Shown: piece by piece, positions 1 through 9,173 of the stretch | How positions within the stretch are numbered: position 1 is the stretch's first letter | How the letters are laid out: every line of letters begins with the position of its first letter | From: an uncultured virus (IMG/VR IMGVR_UViG_3300038312_000089) | Taxonomy: Duplodnaviria > Heunggongvirae > Uroviricota > Caudoviricetes | Reading direction: 5' to 3' (one strand) | Virus record (IMG/VR): IMGVR_UViG_3300038312_000089 | Length of the DNA: 20,000 nt | Notes under the pieces: model-generated | The model's input: only the letters and a program-made list of their open reading frames with translations | Told to the model about the DNA's origin: nothing | Databases searched by the model: none | Program-made: the position numbers and the translations under genes

Positions 1-1
1 G

Positions 2-244
2 TTCGCAGGATTGAGGTCGGAAGTGAAGAGCGGGATCATGTTGATCGGGATGGTGATTGTTACAGGAACGATCGTCTTGTTAGTCAACATGGGATTGATC
101 CCATCCACAGCGGGCCCGATTACATTGGCCCAAGCCGTTTACGCATTTATCCAGGCCTTGATCTTTAATGCTGGGACTTACATCGTTTCACCACAAACCA
201 GCAAGGTCAAGCAGGTCAAGGCAACCCGCAACCTGGCAGGATAA
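2..244 (+). CDS. Small membrane protein, holin-like (5'-truncated by the window edge)
   Basis: The frame is open from position 2 (FAGLRSEVKSG...), so the true start is probably upstream. Two hydrophobic segments (IMLIGMVIVTGTIVLLVNMGLI; AVYAFIQALIFNAGTYIV) and a basic C-terminus (SKVKQVKATR) fit a holin. Confidence 0.55.
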   Translation, partial: FAGLRSEVKSGIMLIGMVIVTGTIVLLVNMGLIPSTAGPITLAQAVYAFIQALIFNAGTYIVSPQTSKVKQVKATRNLAG

Positions 245-247
245 CGA

Positions 248-754
248 GTGGATCTGTTACAGATCATCCTGATACTGATCCCCGTCGCGCTGGGAAGCGG
301 CGGCCTGGGTTCAGTGATCGCGACCAACATTGCCAACCGTCACAAAGCAAAAGCAGAAGCTGAGAAAGCTGAAGCCGAAGCGGTGAAGATCAAAGCTGAA
401 GTTGAAAAGGTGAAGGCGGATATCGTCGACACGTTGGCCGAGCATTATGCCTCCGAACTGACTGCGTTACGTAACGAATCAAAAGATATGAAATCCCAGA
501 TTGCTAACCTGAATATTGAAATCGCCCAGCTTAAATCAGAACGAAAATCCGGCGAGGTCACAATTGAAACATTGACAAAGAAGAACACGGAGTTGACCTC
601 GCAAGTCCGGGAGTTGACAGAAGCGTCGGAAAAGAAAGATGCGCGGATCCTGGAGCTTGAGAAACAGGTGGCTGTCATCCCAGGGCTTGAGAAGCGCATT
701 GCTGAGCTCACTGCTCGGCTGGATGCTTTCAATGGGAAGAGTAACTGTGACTAA
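248..754 (+). CDS. N-terminally membrane-anchored coiled-coil protein (lysis-associated candidate)
   Basis: GTG start. Hydrophobic, Gly-rich N-terminus (LLQIILILIPVALGSGGLGSVIA) followed by a long heptad-rich Glu/Lys region. The stop overlaps the HNH start. Confidence 0.7.
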   Translation: MDLLQIILILIPVALGSGGLGSVIATNIANRHKAKAEAEKAEAEAVKIKAEVEKVKADIVDTLAEHYASELTALRNESKDMKSQIANLNIEIAQLKSERKSGEVTIETLTKKNTELTSQVRELTEASEKKDARILELEKQVAVIPGLEKRIAELTARLDAFNGKSNCD

Positions 755-1088
755 TCGTCCGTTACGCCCATGCTCGTATCCTGGCTGCCCCAACCTGGTG
801 ACAAGTGGGCGGTGCCAGGCGCACGCATCCACGGGTACCGGGTGGACCAGAGACCGGAACCGGCAGAGGTTGTATGACCGACGTTGGCAGTCATTCCGGG
901 TAGCGTTCCTGGCGGAGCACCCTTGGTGTGTCGCCTGTGAGCGCGTAGGCATTACAACACCAGCAGAACATGTGGACCATGTTACGCCGCACAAAGGCGA
1001 TCCACAAAAGTTCTGGAGTGGTCCTTTCCAGGCCTTGTGCCCGAGCTGTCACTCGAAGAAGACAATCGAAGAGACGGGGGGGGGATGA
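747..1088 (+). CDS. Phage packaging-associated HNH endonuclease (HK97 gp74-like)
   Basis: GTG at 747 overlaps the previous gene. Motifs PCSYPGCPNLV..GRC..H, CVAC, VDHVTPHKGD and QALCPSCHSKKT. Lies immediately upstream of the terminase genes. Confidence 0.92.
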   Translation: MTNRPLRPCSYPGCPNLVTSGRCQAHASTGTGWTRDRNRQRLYDRRWQSFRVAFLAEHPWCVACERVGITTPAEHVDHVTPHKGDPQKFWSGPFQALCPSCHSKKTIEETGGG

Positions 1089-1147
1089 AAAAGTTTCAAG
1101 TAGGCGGGTGTCGAGCGCAGGTGGTCACTTGCACGAAAAAAAATCCC
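1076..1147. promoter_or_regulatory. Putative cos (cohesive end) / packaging initiation region
   Basis: Short non-coding gap between HNH and TerS, with a G9 run (1076-1084), a GC-rich core GCGCAGGTGG (1115-1124) and an A8 run (1136-1143). This is the usual cos position in HNH-TerS phages. The exact cut site cannot be determined. Confidence 0.5.
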
Positions 1148-1163
1148 AATGTGGAGAATTCCG

Positions 1164-1805
1164 ATGCCTGCTAAAAAACCAGCAGATTTGGTGGTCAGAC
1201 ATGAAACTCTGGGTGAAAAAAATCAGAGATTATCAGCAGAAAACGTGAATAAAACGGGTAGAAGTTTACCAACTTCAGCACCCAAAGAGCTGAAAGGCCA
1301 CACGTTTGCCAGGGAAAGCTGGCGAAGGCTGATGCGCGAGTTTGACAGCCTGAAAGCGGAGCGGGTGGACAGTCAGGACCGTGATCTGCTGATTGCTTAT
1401 TGTCTAACCCTGGAAGAAGAACAGGATTTGCTGGTCATGCGAACAGCCGCCCTGTCAGATTGGAAAGATCGGCGTGAGGATGTGCTCTTGCATCGCAAAC
1501 ACATGGCGGATTATGACCGGGAAGGTGAAACCTGGGATGTGCTGGTAAAGCAACTGGTTCAGATTGTGAACAAGGTGCAGTCCGCTTACAAAACCGTCCT
1601 GGATATTGATGCCAGGTTGGACCGCAAGCGGTCGAGCCTGCTTGGTTATCAGCAACAGATGTACCTGACACCGCGCTCGAGAGCTGGAGTGGTCCCTGAA
1701 CGAGCAGAAGAAGAGGACCAGCTGGACGAGATGGAGAAGCTTTTAGGTGATCCAGCTTTCCAGTTTGAAGCGATCGTGAACAAGGGAGGAAAGAATGCCG
1801 TTTGA
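1164..1805 (+). CDS. terS: Terminase small subunit (P27-like family)
   Basis: ATG at 1164 preceded by GGAG. MPAKKP start, P..L...A...W..L motif, LIAYC, C-terminal LTPRSRA motif. Overlaps the TerL start. Confidence 0.85.
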   Translation: MPAKKPADLVVRHETLGEKNQRLSAENVNKTGRSLPTSAPKELKGHTFARESWRRLMREFDSLKAERVDSQDRDLLIAYCLTLEEEQDLLVMRTAALSDWKDRREDVLLHRKHMADYDREGETWDVLVKQLVQIVNKVQSAYKTVLDIDARLDRKRSSLLGYQQQMYLTPRSRAGVVPERAEEEDQLDEMEKLLGDPAFQFEAIVNKGGKNAV

Positions 1806-3372
1806 CCAGGTCAAAGCGGACCGCGCTTGCGCATTCTTCTCCATGTTGAAACACACCGATGGGAAGTTCTATGGTCAGCCCTTCAAGCTGCTGCCCTGGG
1901 AAGAGAATATCTTGCGGGATGTGTATGGAACCGTCAAAGAAGATGGTACCCGGCAGTACCGATACATCTGGGTTGAGGTTCCGAAGAAAAATGGAAAATC
2001 GGAACTTGGAGCTGGGGTGGCGCTCTATCATCTGTTTGCCGATGGAGAGATCAACGGCGAGGTTTATGGCTGCGCCGCGGATCGTGACCAGGCGTCCATT
2101 ATCTACGATGTAGCCAGCAAAATGCTTGAGCTGGTTCCAGCGATGCGGAAGCGCTCCAAGATCTTGCCATCTTACAAGAAAATTACCGATAAGGTAAGCG
2201 GAACGCGCTATAAGGTGTTGAGCTCAGAGGCGTACACGAAGCATGGATACAAACCTTCCGCTGTGCTGTTTGATGAGATCCACGCGCAGCCAAACCGCGA
2301 GCTGTGGGATGTTATGACCCACGGATCCGGTGCTTCCCGCGCCCAGCCGATCTGGTGGAACTTTACCACCGCAGGCAAGGACCCTGACAGGGTGAGCATT
2401 GGCTGGGAGCTGCATGACTACGCCATGAAGGTTGCCTCTGGAGAGATCTCGGACCCGTCCTGGTATGTAGCAATCTACTCCTACGAGGGCGAAGATATCT
2501 ACAACGAGGAGAATTGGTTTGAAGCCAACCCCTCCCTTGGTGTAGCCAAAGATATCGAGTCAATGCGGGATGCAGCCAACCGGGCAAAAAACAGCCCTGA
2601 TGTCGAACTGAACTTCCGTTGGCTGGACTTGAACCAGTGGGTGACGACAAAGCTCACCAGCTGGATTGACCTGGGAGTATACGATCAAACTGAGGAAGAG
2701 ATCCCGGACGAGAAACTGCTTGGAATGAAATGTTTCATTGGCCAGGACGCTTCTACTACAACCGACCTTTCCGCTATCGTAAGGCTATTCCCACCTCAAC
2801 CAGGATTAGATCACTGGCATTTCAAGAGCGACGCCTTTATTCCGCGCAACACATTGCTTGATCGGGTCCGAACTGATCATGTCCCCTATGACAAATGGGA
2901 GATAAGCGGGCACGTACACGTAACAGATGGAGACACGATCGACCATTGGGCAATCCTTGACAAGATCCTTGAATACAAGGGAATGTATGACGTGGTTGAG
3001 CTGGTCTCAGACCCTGCGTTTGCGGTCATGTTGACTCAGGCTGAAATCAAAGAAGGGGTCAACGTAGTCACTCAGCAAGGTACTTTTGCAGTCCTGACAG
3101 ACCCAATGAACACTGTTGAAACCCTGATGCGTTCCGGACAGCTGACCCATGAACACAATCCACTCTTGCGATGGACCTTCGGAAACGCCTCGATCGCGAC
3201 TAACGGATCAGGATTGAAAAAGCTTGTCAAAGAGACTAAAGGAAAGAGCGTGATCAGGACCAAACGAATCGACCCAGTTATGGCGCTGGTGCTGGCAATG
3301 TGCCGGGCGCGGTTCTACGACCAGGCCGACAACCTCGAGGAACGGATCCTCTCGGAAGGATGGGGTATGTGA
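1795..3372 (+). CDS. terL: Terminase large subunit
   Basis: Motifs GQPFKLLPWE, Walker A VPKKNGKS, Walker B AVLFDEIH, TTAG, nuclease GQDASTTTDLSA and RIDPVMAL. RBS GGGAGG upstream. Confidence 0.97.
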   Translation: MPFDQVKADRACAFFSMLKHTDGKFYGQPFKLLPWEENILRDVYGTVKEDGTRQYRYIWVEVPKKNGKSELGAGVALYHLFADGEINGEVYGCAADRDQASIIYDVASKMLELVPAMRKRSKILPSYKKITDKVSGTRYKVLSSEAYTKHGYKPSAVLFDEIHAQPNRELWDVMTHGSGASRAQPIWWNFTTAGKDPDRVSIGWELHDYAMKVASGEISDPSWYVAIYSYEGEDIYNEENWFEANPSLGVAKDIESMRDAANRAKNSPDVELNFRWLDLNQWVTTKLTSWIDLGVYDQTEEEIPDEKLLGMKCFIGQDASTTTDLSAIVRLFPPQPGLDHWHFKSDAFIPRNTLLDRVRTDHVPYDKWEISGHVHVTDGDTIDHWAILDKILEYKGMYDVVELVSDPAFAVMLTQAEIKEGVNVVTQQGTFAVLTDPMNTVETLMRSGQLTHEHNPLLRWTFGNASIATNGSGLKKLVKETKGKSVIRTKRIDPVMALVLAMCRARFYDQADNLEERILSEGWGM

Positions 3373-4586
3373 GCAAGAAACAAGTAATCAACAAAGCAGT
3401 GATAACCCCGATTCCAGCTGAGATGCAGCCTGGTGACAATAACTTTGTACTCTATTGGCCACCAATGGCGACAATTGGAACCATTAGCGTGGAAACGGCC
3501 AAGAAGCTGTCTACCGTTTACCGCTGCATGAATATCTTGAGCGACGACATTGCCGCTCTGCCCTTTCAGCAGTTTGAGCGGCTGGAAAGAGGCTCCAAAA
3601 GAGTCAAGCCAGATGGAGACAGCCGAAATGTGGCTTATTTGATTGAAATTGAGCCTAACAGATGGCAAACACCTTTTGTGTTCAAAAAACGGCTGATTTT
3701 GGACTTATTGGGCATGGGCAATGCCTATGCCTGGAGACCGGTTAGCACATACCCAGAAATCTATCACCTGGAAGCAAGCAAGGTACGGCCGGTGTTTGAT
3801 AAGAAAGGCAACCGCTATTTCCAGGTGTTGTTTGACAATGGGGAAGTCAAAAATATCCCGGATCCCGAGATCCTGCAACTGATGATCAACCCGGATAAGC
3901 GGGGAATGTTTGGTAGGTCAGTGCTGGGATACGCGTCCGATACGATCAGCCGACAGATCGGGGCCAACAACTCGAGAAACACCCTGATGGGCAACGGACT
4001 GTTACCTACTGCCATTCTGAAGGTAAATGGTGCAATTGGGGAAGAAGCCAGGCAGAAGGTGAAAGACAGTTATCTAAAGTCAGCCACAGATGGTGTGATG
4101 GTGCAAGACAGTGCCATTGTCGATTTCAAACAGATCACGATGAACGCGTCTGATGTGCAGTTCCTGGAAAGCATCCAGGCGACAGAAGTTGAGATCGCGA
4201 ACTATTTTGGCTTGCCACAGTACAAGCTCAATTTAGGAAAGCAATCCTACCAGTCAAACGAACAGCAGCAGCTGGATTATCTAGGGACCACCTTGAACCC
4301 CTACCTGGTGCAATTTGAACAGAGTGCCAGGCTGAAATGGCTGGCAACTGAGGATCAGGACGCGGGATTCTTCCGCTTTGAGCGCAAAGCCCTGATGCAG
4401 CTGGACACGAAAACACAAGCTGAGTTTCTGCACACCCAAATATTGGATGGCATTTATTCACCCAACGAGGCCCGGGCTATCAATGACCTGGAACCCTACC
4501 CGGGTGGAGATCAGCACTACTTCCCTGGCAATATGGCAGTAATCACTGAGAAAGGGCTAACCATGCCCGGCAAGGAGACGGAATGA
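3369..4586 (+). CDS. Portal protein, HK97 family
   Basis: GTGA overlap with the TerL stop gives a start at 3369. Motifs VYRCMNILSDDIAALP, EPNRWQT, GNAY, DVQFLES..EIANYFGLP, SYQSNEQQ and SPNEARA. Confidence 0.95.
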   Translation: MSKKQVINKAVITPIPAEMQPGDNNFVLYWPPMATIGTISVETAKKLSTVYRCMNILSDDIAALPFQQFERLERGSKRVKPDGDSRNVAYLIEIEPNRWQTPFVFKKRLILDLLGMGNAYAWRPVSTYPEIYHLEASKVRPVFDKKGNRYFQVLFDNGEVKNIPDPEILQLMINPDKRGMFGRSVLGYASDTISRQIGANNSRNTLMGNGLLPTAILKVNGAIGEEARQKVKDSYLKSATDGVMVQDSAIVDFKQITMNASDVQFLESIQATEVEIANYFGLPQYKLNLGKQSYQSNEQQQLDYLGTTLNPYLVQFEQSARLKWLATEDQDAGFFRFERKALMQLDTKTQAEFLHTQILDGIYSPNEARAINDLEPYPGGDQHYFPGNMAVITEKGLTMPGKETE

Positions 4587-5425
4587 AATTGAATTTGCAA
4601 GAGAAAACGATTCCAAATGAACACAGGCGCACCCTGGCATTTGATGCCGTGGGGAACGGCGAGGTGGAGATCTACTGCTATGGTGACATCATGGACAGCT
4701 ACTGGTTCTATGACCCGGTGCATCCACCTCTGGGGTATGTCACACAGGACGCGATGAAAGAAGCCCTGGACCAAGCGGGTGGGAAGCCGGTTCTACTGCG
4801 GATCCATTCATCGGGTGGGGACATGATGGCAGCCAGCGCGATCAGGGCATTGCTGATGTCGTATTCAGGCAAAATAACCTGCCAGATCGACGGGTTGTGC
4901 GCAAGTGCGGCAACGTACATCGCTACTGCGGGGGCAAAGGTGGTCATGCAGGACAGCGCATTTTTCATGATCCATGACCCCTGGACGATCACGATAGGCA
5001 ATGTGGACGACCACCGGGTGACGATCAGCATGCTCAAAGAGCTGAAAAAAGGGATTGTTGAAGCGTATATGGCAAAAAGCACGCTTGAGCAGAATCAGAT
5101 CGAAAAAATGATGGCTGACGAGACCTGGATGAGCGCACAGACTGCGCTTGAGAATGGTTTTGTAGATGAGATCATCAGCCAGCCGGCATCCGCAAGAGCA
5201 GCCGTTATGGCAAAGGATTCTCTGCCAGTGATGAATCACGCTTTGCAGGGATACCGGGAGGTGCCGGAAGCGGTGAAAAAAATGATGAATGTTACGGAGG
5301 CTCCGGCAACCAGCGTGCCGGAAGAAGTCACCGATACAGAGCCCGACCAGGGCGAAATTGAACGCGAGAGAGCCGTCCAGGCACTGCGCGAAAAATCCCA
5401 AAAACTCAAGGAGATGAGAATATGA
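4583..5425 (+). CDS. Prohead maturation protease, ClpP-related
   Basis: Motifs IHSSGGD, DGLCASAATYI (catalytic Ser), FMIHDP (His) and ETWMSAQTALENGFVDEI. ATGA overlap with the portal gene. Confidence 0.95.
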   Translation: MKLNLQEKTIPNEHRRTLAFDAVGNGEVEIYCYGDIMDSYWFYDPVHPPLGYVTQDAMKEALDQAGGKPVLLRIHSSGGDMMAASAIRALLMSYSGKITCQIDGLCASAATYIATAGAKVVMQDSAFFMIHDPWTITIGNVDDHRVTISMLKELKKGIVEAYMAKSTLEQNQIEKMMADETWMSAQTALENGFVDEIISQPASARAAVMAKDSLPVMNHALQGYREVPEAVKKMMNVTEAPATSVPEEVTDTEPDQGEIERERAVQALREKSQKLKEMRI

Positions 5426-5790
5426 CCACATTCAAAAGTGCGTATGACCTGGCGCAAAAACGCGTGCAGGCCGTGAATGAAAAGGCTCAGGAGATTGAAA
5501 CCCTCCTGGCTGGCACCGAGGAAGACGTCAATGCTGCTCTGGCTCTTGAGCCCGCGCTGGACGAGGCTCAAGCCGAAGCACAAAAGGCGATCGACCTTTA
5601 CAACAAACTGACCAAAGCCGGCGATTTCGCTGATAGCACAGCCAGTTTGTTTGTACCTGTATCAGAGGCAGCTGCTGAAATTGAAGCAGCTAAAAGCACC
5701 ATGACCCGCGAGGAATTCGACGGGATGAATTTCAGTGAGAAGACTGCGTTCATGAAACGCGGTGGCAAAGTCACTGAAGAAAAGGAGTAA
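5422..5790 (+). CDS. Putative capsid scaffolding protein (coiled-coil)
   Basis: Acidic, Ala/Glu-rich helical protein between protease and capsid, with RBS AAGGAG. The C-terminus TMTREEFDGMNFSEKTAFMKRGGKVTE resembles scaffold coat-binding tails. Confidence 0.7.
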   Translation: MTTFKSAYDLAQKRVQAVNEKAQEIETLLAGTEEDVNAALALEPALDEAQAEAQKAIDLYNKLTKAGDFADSTASLFVPVSEAAAEIEAAKSTMTREEFDGMNFSEKTAFMKRGGKVTEEKE

Positions 5791-5793
5791 AAA

Positions 5794-6942
5794 ATGCCTG
5801 ATTCTTTAGCAAGTCTGTTTCCAACCCTTTATGCCGGCATCGCGGAGTTCCCGCGGCGCCAGTTTGGGATGATCCGCGCCGTCCAGGTGGATGGCCAACT
5901 CTCCCGAGCCGTGCTGGGTCAAAGTGAGGTTTGGGATGTACCTCAGGTGAGCGCTGCGGTCGACATCGAACCTGCTGCAACGTTGCCCGCACCTGCTGCA
6001 GACGTGGCAAACCCGCTCACTTACAAAATGGCATACCGAAAGGGTGTGCGCATTCCGGTTACCGGGGAAGCTTCGGAAGCAATCGGCGATGCCGCTATGG
6101 CAACCCGCCGGCAAAACCAGTATCTGCAGGCATTTGACATGCTGGCAGCCGGAATCGAAAGTTACCTGGCAGGCGTGGCGATCTTGAATGCCAGCAGGGC
6201 TTTTGGCACTGCTGACACCGTGCCCTTCACAGCCAGCACTGTCAACATGGAATATTTCGCGAAGCTGTGGGGTATCCTGGCGACAAACGACCGGTCCACT
6301 GGAGAACTCTCCCTGGTGCTGAACACAGCGACTGCGGAGGCGATGCGTGCCTATATGGGCATGTTGTACAAAGCCAACGAGTATGGCAGCGACGAGATGA
6401 TGAAAAACGGCTACCTGACCCGGATCCAGAACTTTAACCTGTACGAATCCAACCAGTTTACCAAGCACACCAAGGGCACTGGTGCCAATTATGTTTTAGA
6501 CGGTGCTCACGCTGTCGGCGCGACCGCCATCAAGGTCAAGACCGGTACCGGAACCATTCTGGCTGGGGATGTGATCTCGATCGCTGACGAACCGTCCGGT
6601 TCGAAGTACGTTGTTACCAAAGGTATTGAGGCTGCAGGAACCCTCACGATCGGTGCTCCCGGTCTGCTGGGCGCGGCTGCTGATGGCAAAGCGGTGAGCA
6701 TCCACCAGTACACGCCAAACTTCGCGTTCAACCAGTCCGCCCTGGGCTTAGGCGCGCGCCTGCCTGAGATCCCGAAGGAAGGGGATGCTGCGATTGACGC
6801 GACCAGCATTAAGGATCCTTACACCAACCTGGTGTTTGAGATTCGCCGCTATGCGGAGTATCGCCAGATTGTGGATGAAGTCTCGATCATGTACGGCGCA
6901 ATTGTTTTAGACCCAGAGGCAATCGCCATTGGGTTGAGCTAA
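5794..6942 (+). CDS. Major capsid protein (P22 coat protein-like, with beta-rich insertion domain)
   Basis: Position and size (382 aa), RBS AAGGAG. N-terminal SLASLFPTLYAG...GMIRAV, insertion HTKGTGANY...GTGTILAGDVISIA...TIGAPGL, C-terminal NFAFNQSALGLGARLP...DPYTNLVFEI...MYG. Confidence 0.85.
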   Translation: MPDSLASLFPTLYAGIAEFPRRQFGMIRAVQVDGQLSRAVLGQSEVWDVPQVSAAVDIEPAATLPAPAADVANPLTYKMAYRKGVRIPVTGEASEAIGDAAMATRRQNQYLQAFDMLAAGIESYLAGVAILNASRAFGTADTVPFTASTVNMEYFAKLWGILATNDRSTGELSLVLNTATAEAMRAYMGMLYKANEYGSDEMMKNGYLTRIQNFNLYESNQFTKHTKGTGANYVLDGAHAVGATAIKVKTGTGTILAGDVISIADEPSGSKYVVTKGIEAAGTLTIGAPGLLGAAADGKAVSIHQYTPNFAFNQSALGLGARLPEIPKEGDAAIDATSIKDPYTNLVFEIRRYAEYRQIVDEVSIMYGAIVLDPEAIAIGLS

Positions 6943-6949
6943 GGCCGTC

Positions 6950-7147
6950 ATGGCTGAGGTGCAGTTTACACCCGTGACCAAGGATGGATATCGTATGGAT
7001 GTCCATCCCGATGCCCTGGAAGCCTATCTCAAGGATGGATGGGTGGTCATGGAGACTACAAAACAGACGGGAGGTGGTCCAACTCTGAAGGACACCACCG
7101 CCGAGTCTGGCCAAAAGAAAGCGGCCAAAAAGGCTGAGGTGAAATGA
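6950..7147 (+). CDS. Small hypothetical virion protein following the capsid gene
   Basis: 65-aa ORF filling the gap, with VHPDALEAYLKDGW and a Lys-rich tail. Confidence 0.7.
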   Translation: MAEVQFTPVTKDGYRMDVHPDALEAYLKDGWVVMETTKQTGGGPTLKDTTAESGQKKAAKKAEVK

Positions 7148-7148
7148 A

Positions 7149-7454
7149 ATGAGCATCCTGACACCTACTGAAGCAGCGACGGTTTTACGCTGCGAAATAA
7201 ACGATCAAAACATGCTGGATCTGTTGCCGCAGGTGGACGCGCATATTGAAAACGCGACCGGCTGGAAGTGGACCGAGGATGAGGTGATCAACCCGACTGC
7301 CAAAGCGGCGGCCAGGATGCTTTTGGTGCAATGGCATGAAAACCCGGCACAGCTGGGATCTGAATCGGTGCTCAGCTTTGGTTTGAACGCGGTATTGCTG
7401 CAGCTAAAAGCAGAGGCAGTCCGCTTGAATGAGCTGCTGGAGCTGAGCACATGA
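7149..7454 (+). CDS. Head-tail connector (HK97 gp6-like adaptor)
   Basis: Motifs LTPTEAATVLR, IENATG and AKAAARMLLVQWHENP; position after the capsid gene. Confidence 0.88.
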   Translation: MSILTPTEAATVLRCEINDQNMLDLLPQVDAHIENATGWKWTEDEVINPTAKAAARMLLVQWHENPAQLGSESVLSFGLNAVLLQLKAEAVRLNELLELST

Positions 7455-7795
7455 GAATAGGGAACGCGATTACCAACCCAGGAGAGCTGCGAACACAGAT
7501 CCAGCTGGAAAAACGTACCTACCAGGAAGACACAGGGGGATTCAAGCAGCTGGTCTCGGGAGAGGTAAAAACGGTCTGGTGCAAGTGGACCAACGCCCAC
7601 GGCGATGAAGCCTGGCAGGCTGACGCAGCAGGTGCTTCCAAAGCAGCAACCCTGCTTCTACGATATGTGCCTGGACTGGACGAAACCTGGCGTGTACTTT
7701 ATGGCACCCAAGTCTGGGAGATCCGATCCATCGACAACATCCGTGAACGGAACGAGTGGCTGGAGCTGAAAATCAGCAGGATCGGTGTGGGATGA
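7451..7795 (+). CDS. Head closure protein (SPP1 gp16-like)
   Basis: Motifs NPGELRTQIQLE, TVWCK, LRYVPGL and WEIRSIDNIRERNEWLEL; ATGA overlap. Confidence 0.88.
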   Translation: MRIGNAITNPGELRTQIQLEKRTYQEDTGGFKQLVSGEVKTVWCKWTNAHGDEAWQADAAGASKAATLLLRYVPGLDETWRVLYGTQVWEIRSIDNIRERNEWLELKISRIGVG

Positions 7796-8190
7796 AAGCG
7801 GATTTGAGCATGCCCAAGAAACTGCAGGAGATGATGGAGCAGTTGACTGCCCTGGAAGCAGGCAGGATTGACGAAGTCGCCGGTGAAATGCTGGATGCCG
7901 GGGCTGACGTGGCTTTGAGCGGCATGCAGCGGCGCGTACCAAAGCGTACAGGCAGGCTGCATGACAACCTGAAAAAGGGTCAGGTCAAGAGGGATGGCAA
8001 CGTCTCGCACATCGAAATTGGGTTGATTGACGCCCCCGGTGATGTTGTTCGTTATGGCACTGTCCAAGAGTTTGGCTCCAGCAGTGTCAGTGCACAATCG
8101 TACCAACGGGCTACGATGAAAGAAGACAAAAGCAAAATCACAAAGGCGATGAAGGCTGTGCTCGAGAAAGAGCTTGGAGAACTGGAATGA
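7792..8190 (+). CDS. HK97 gp10-like tail completion/neck protein
   Basis: ATGA overlap gives a start at 7792. Motifs VPKRTGRLHDNL and YGTVQEFGSS...AQSY.R. Confidence 0.85.
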   Translation: MKADLSMPKKLQEMMEQLTALEAGRIDEVAGEMLDAGADVALSGMQRRVPKRTGRLHDNLKKGQVKRDGNVSHIEIGLIDAPGDVVRYGTVQEFGSSSVSAQSYQRATMKEDKSKITKAMKAVLEKELGELE

Positions 8191-8534
8191 CGATCTGGCA
8201 GAAAGTGAACGATACCCTGGCTGGGTTGGGAATTAAGACAGCCAACAACCGGCTGACTCTAAAAACCGGTGAAACCTGGCCTGATCAATACATTACCTTC
8301 CAGGTGATCTCTGCCGGTCCAGAAGAGCATATTGATGACCACGAAACAGCACGGAGCCACCTGGTGCAGCTGAATCTGTGGTCACGGAGTGGATTTGAGA
8401 GTTTCCCTGATGTGGAAACAGCCATGCTGGCAGCCGGGTTTTACTTCCAGGCTGAAAGAGACATGGATTACAACGACAAAACTGGCCACTATGGCCAAAG
8501 CAAAGATTTCCTCTATTACGAGGAGAAGGAGTAA
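8187..8534 (+). CDS. Putative tail terminator
   Basis: Position before the major tail protein. Motifs PDQYITF, VQLNLWS, AMLAAGF and YNDKTGHY. Confidence 0.75.
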   Translation: MTIWQKVNDTLAGLGIKTANNRLTLKTGETWPDQYITFQVISAGPEEHIDDHETARSHLVQLNLWSRSGFESFPDVETAMLAAGFYFQAERDMDYNDKTGHYGQSKDFLYYEEKE

Positions 8535-8536
8535 CA

Positions 8537-9157
8537 ATGGCAATTGGTTCAGGAGAATACAAAAGCCAGATCGGGCTTGACAAGCTGTATTATGCGCCTA
8601 TCACCGCGGACGATGCCACCGCGTATACACCAGGCACACCAGTTGTGCTTGCCCCGGCAGCCAGCGCAAAGCTGAGCACGACCAAAAGTATCAATACTCA
8701 GTACGCGGATGACGGGGTATTTGATACCTCAACCGCAGAAGGTGAGACCAAGATTGAGATTGAGGTGACAAACCTGCCACTGGCAACCATCGCGGAATTG
8801 ACCGGAAGGACGCTGAACACAACCAACGGGATGCTGATCGAAGGCAGCGCAGCCAATGCGCCGGATTTTGCACTCAGTTTCAGGAGCAAGAAATCGAACG
8901 GCAAATATCTCTACATTCAGTATCTGAAGGGGAAGTTTGAGATTGGCGATGCCGAATTTCAAACCCTGGAAGCCAACCCGGCTCCCAAGCTGGCAAAACT
9001 GACCTACACCGCGATCACAACGATCCACAAATTCACGACCAAAACGGGCGTGAGTGAATCGGTCAAGGTCACGAAAGTGGACGAAGACGTGTCCGCATCG
9101 GCTGCCCTGGTAGCAGGCTGGTTCACCCAGGTGAACGTGCCGGCGACGATAGTTTAG
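8537..9157 (+). CDS. Major tail (tube) protein, phi13-like family
   Basis: RBS AAGGAG. Motifs IGLDKLYYA, YADDG, APDFALSFRSKKSNGKY.Y..Y.KGKF. Confidence 0.92.
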   Translation: MAIGSGEYKSQIGLDKLYYAPITADDATAYTPGTPVVLAPAASAKLSTTKSINTQYADDGVFDTSTAEGETKIEIEVTNLPLATIAELTGRTLNTTNGMLIEGSAANAPDFALSFRSKKSNGKYLYIQYLKGKFEIGDAEFQTLEANPAPKLAKLTYTAITTIHKFTTKTGVSESVKVTKVDEDVSASAALVAGWFTQVNVPATIV

Positions 9158-9173
9158 CTCAATCGACAATGAA

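Noticed and set aside
15..24. GGTCGGAAGT matching the start of the propeller repeats
   Set aside because: Isolated 10-mer with no flanking similarity, so it is not a template repeat.
639..746. Longer upstream starts given by the ORF track (HNH 639, portal 3300, gp10-like 7756, lysin 16758)
   Set aside because: They overlap upstream genes extensively. The downstream starts have RBSs or ATGA/GTGA coupling and match family N-termini.
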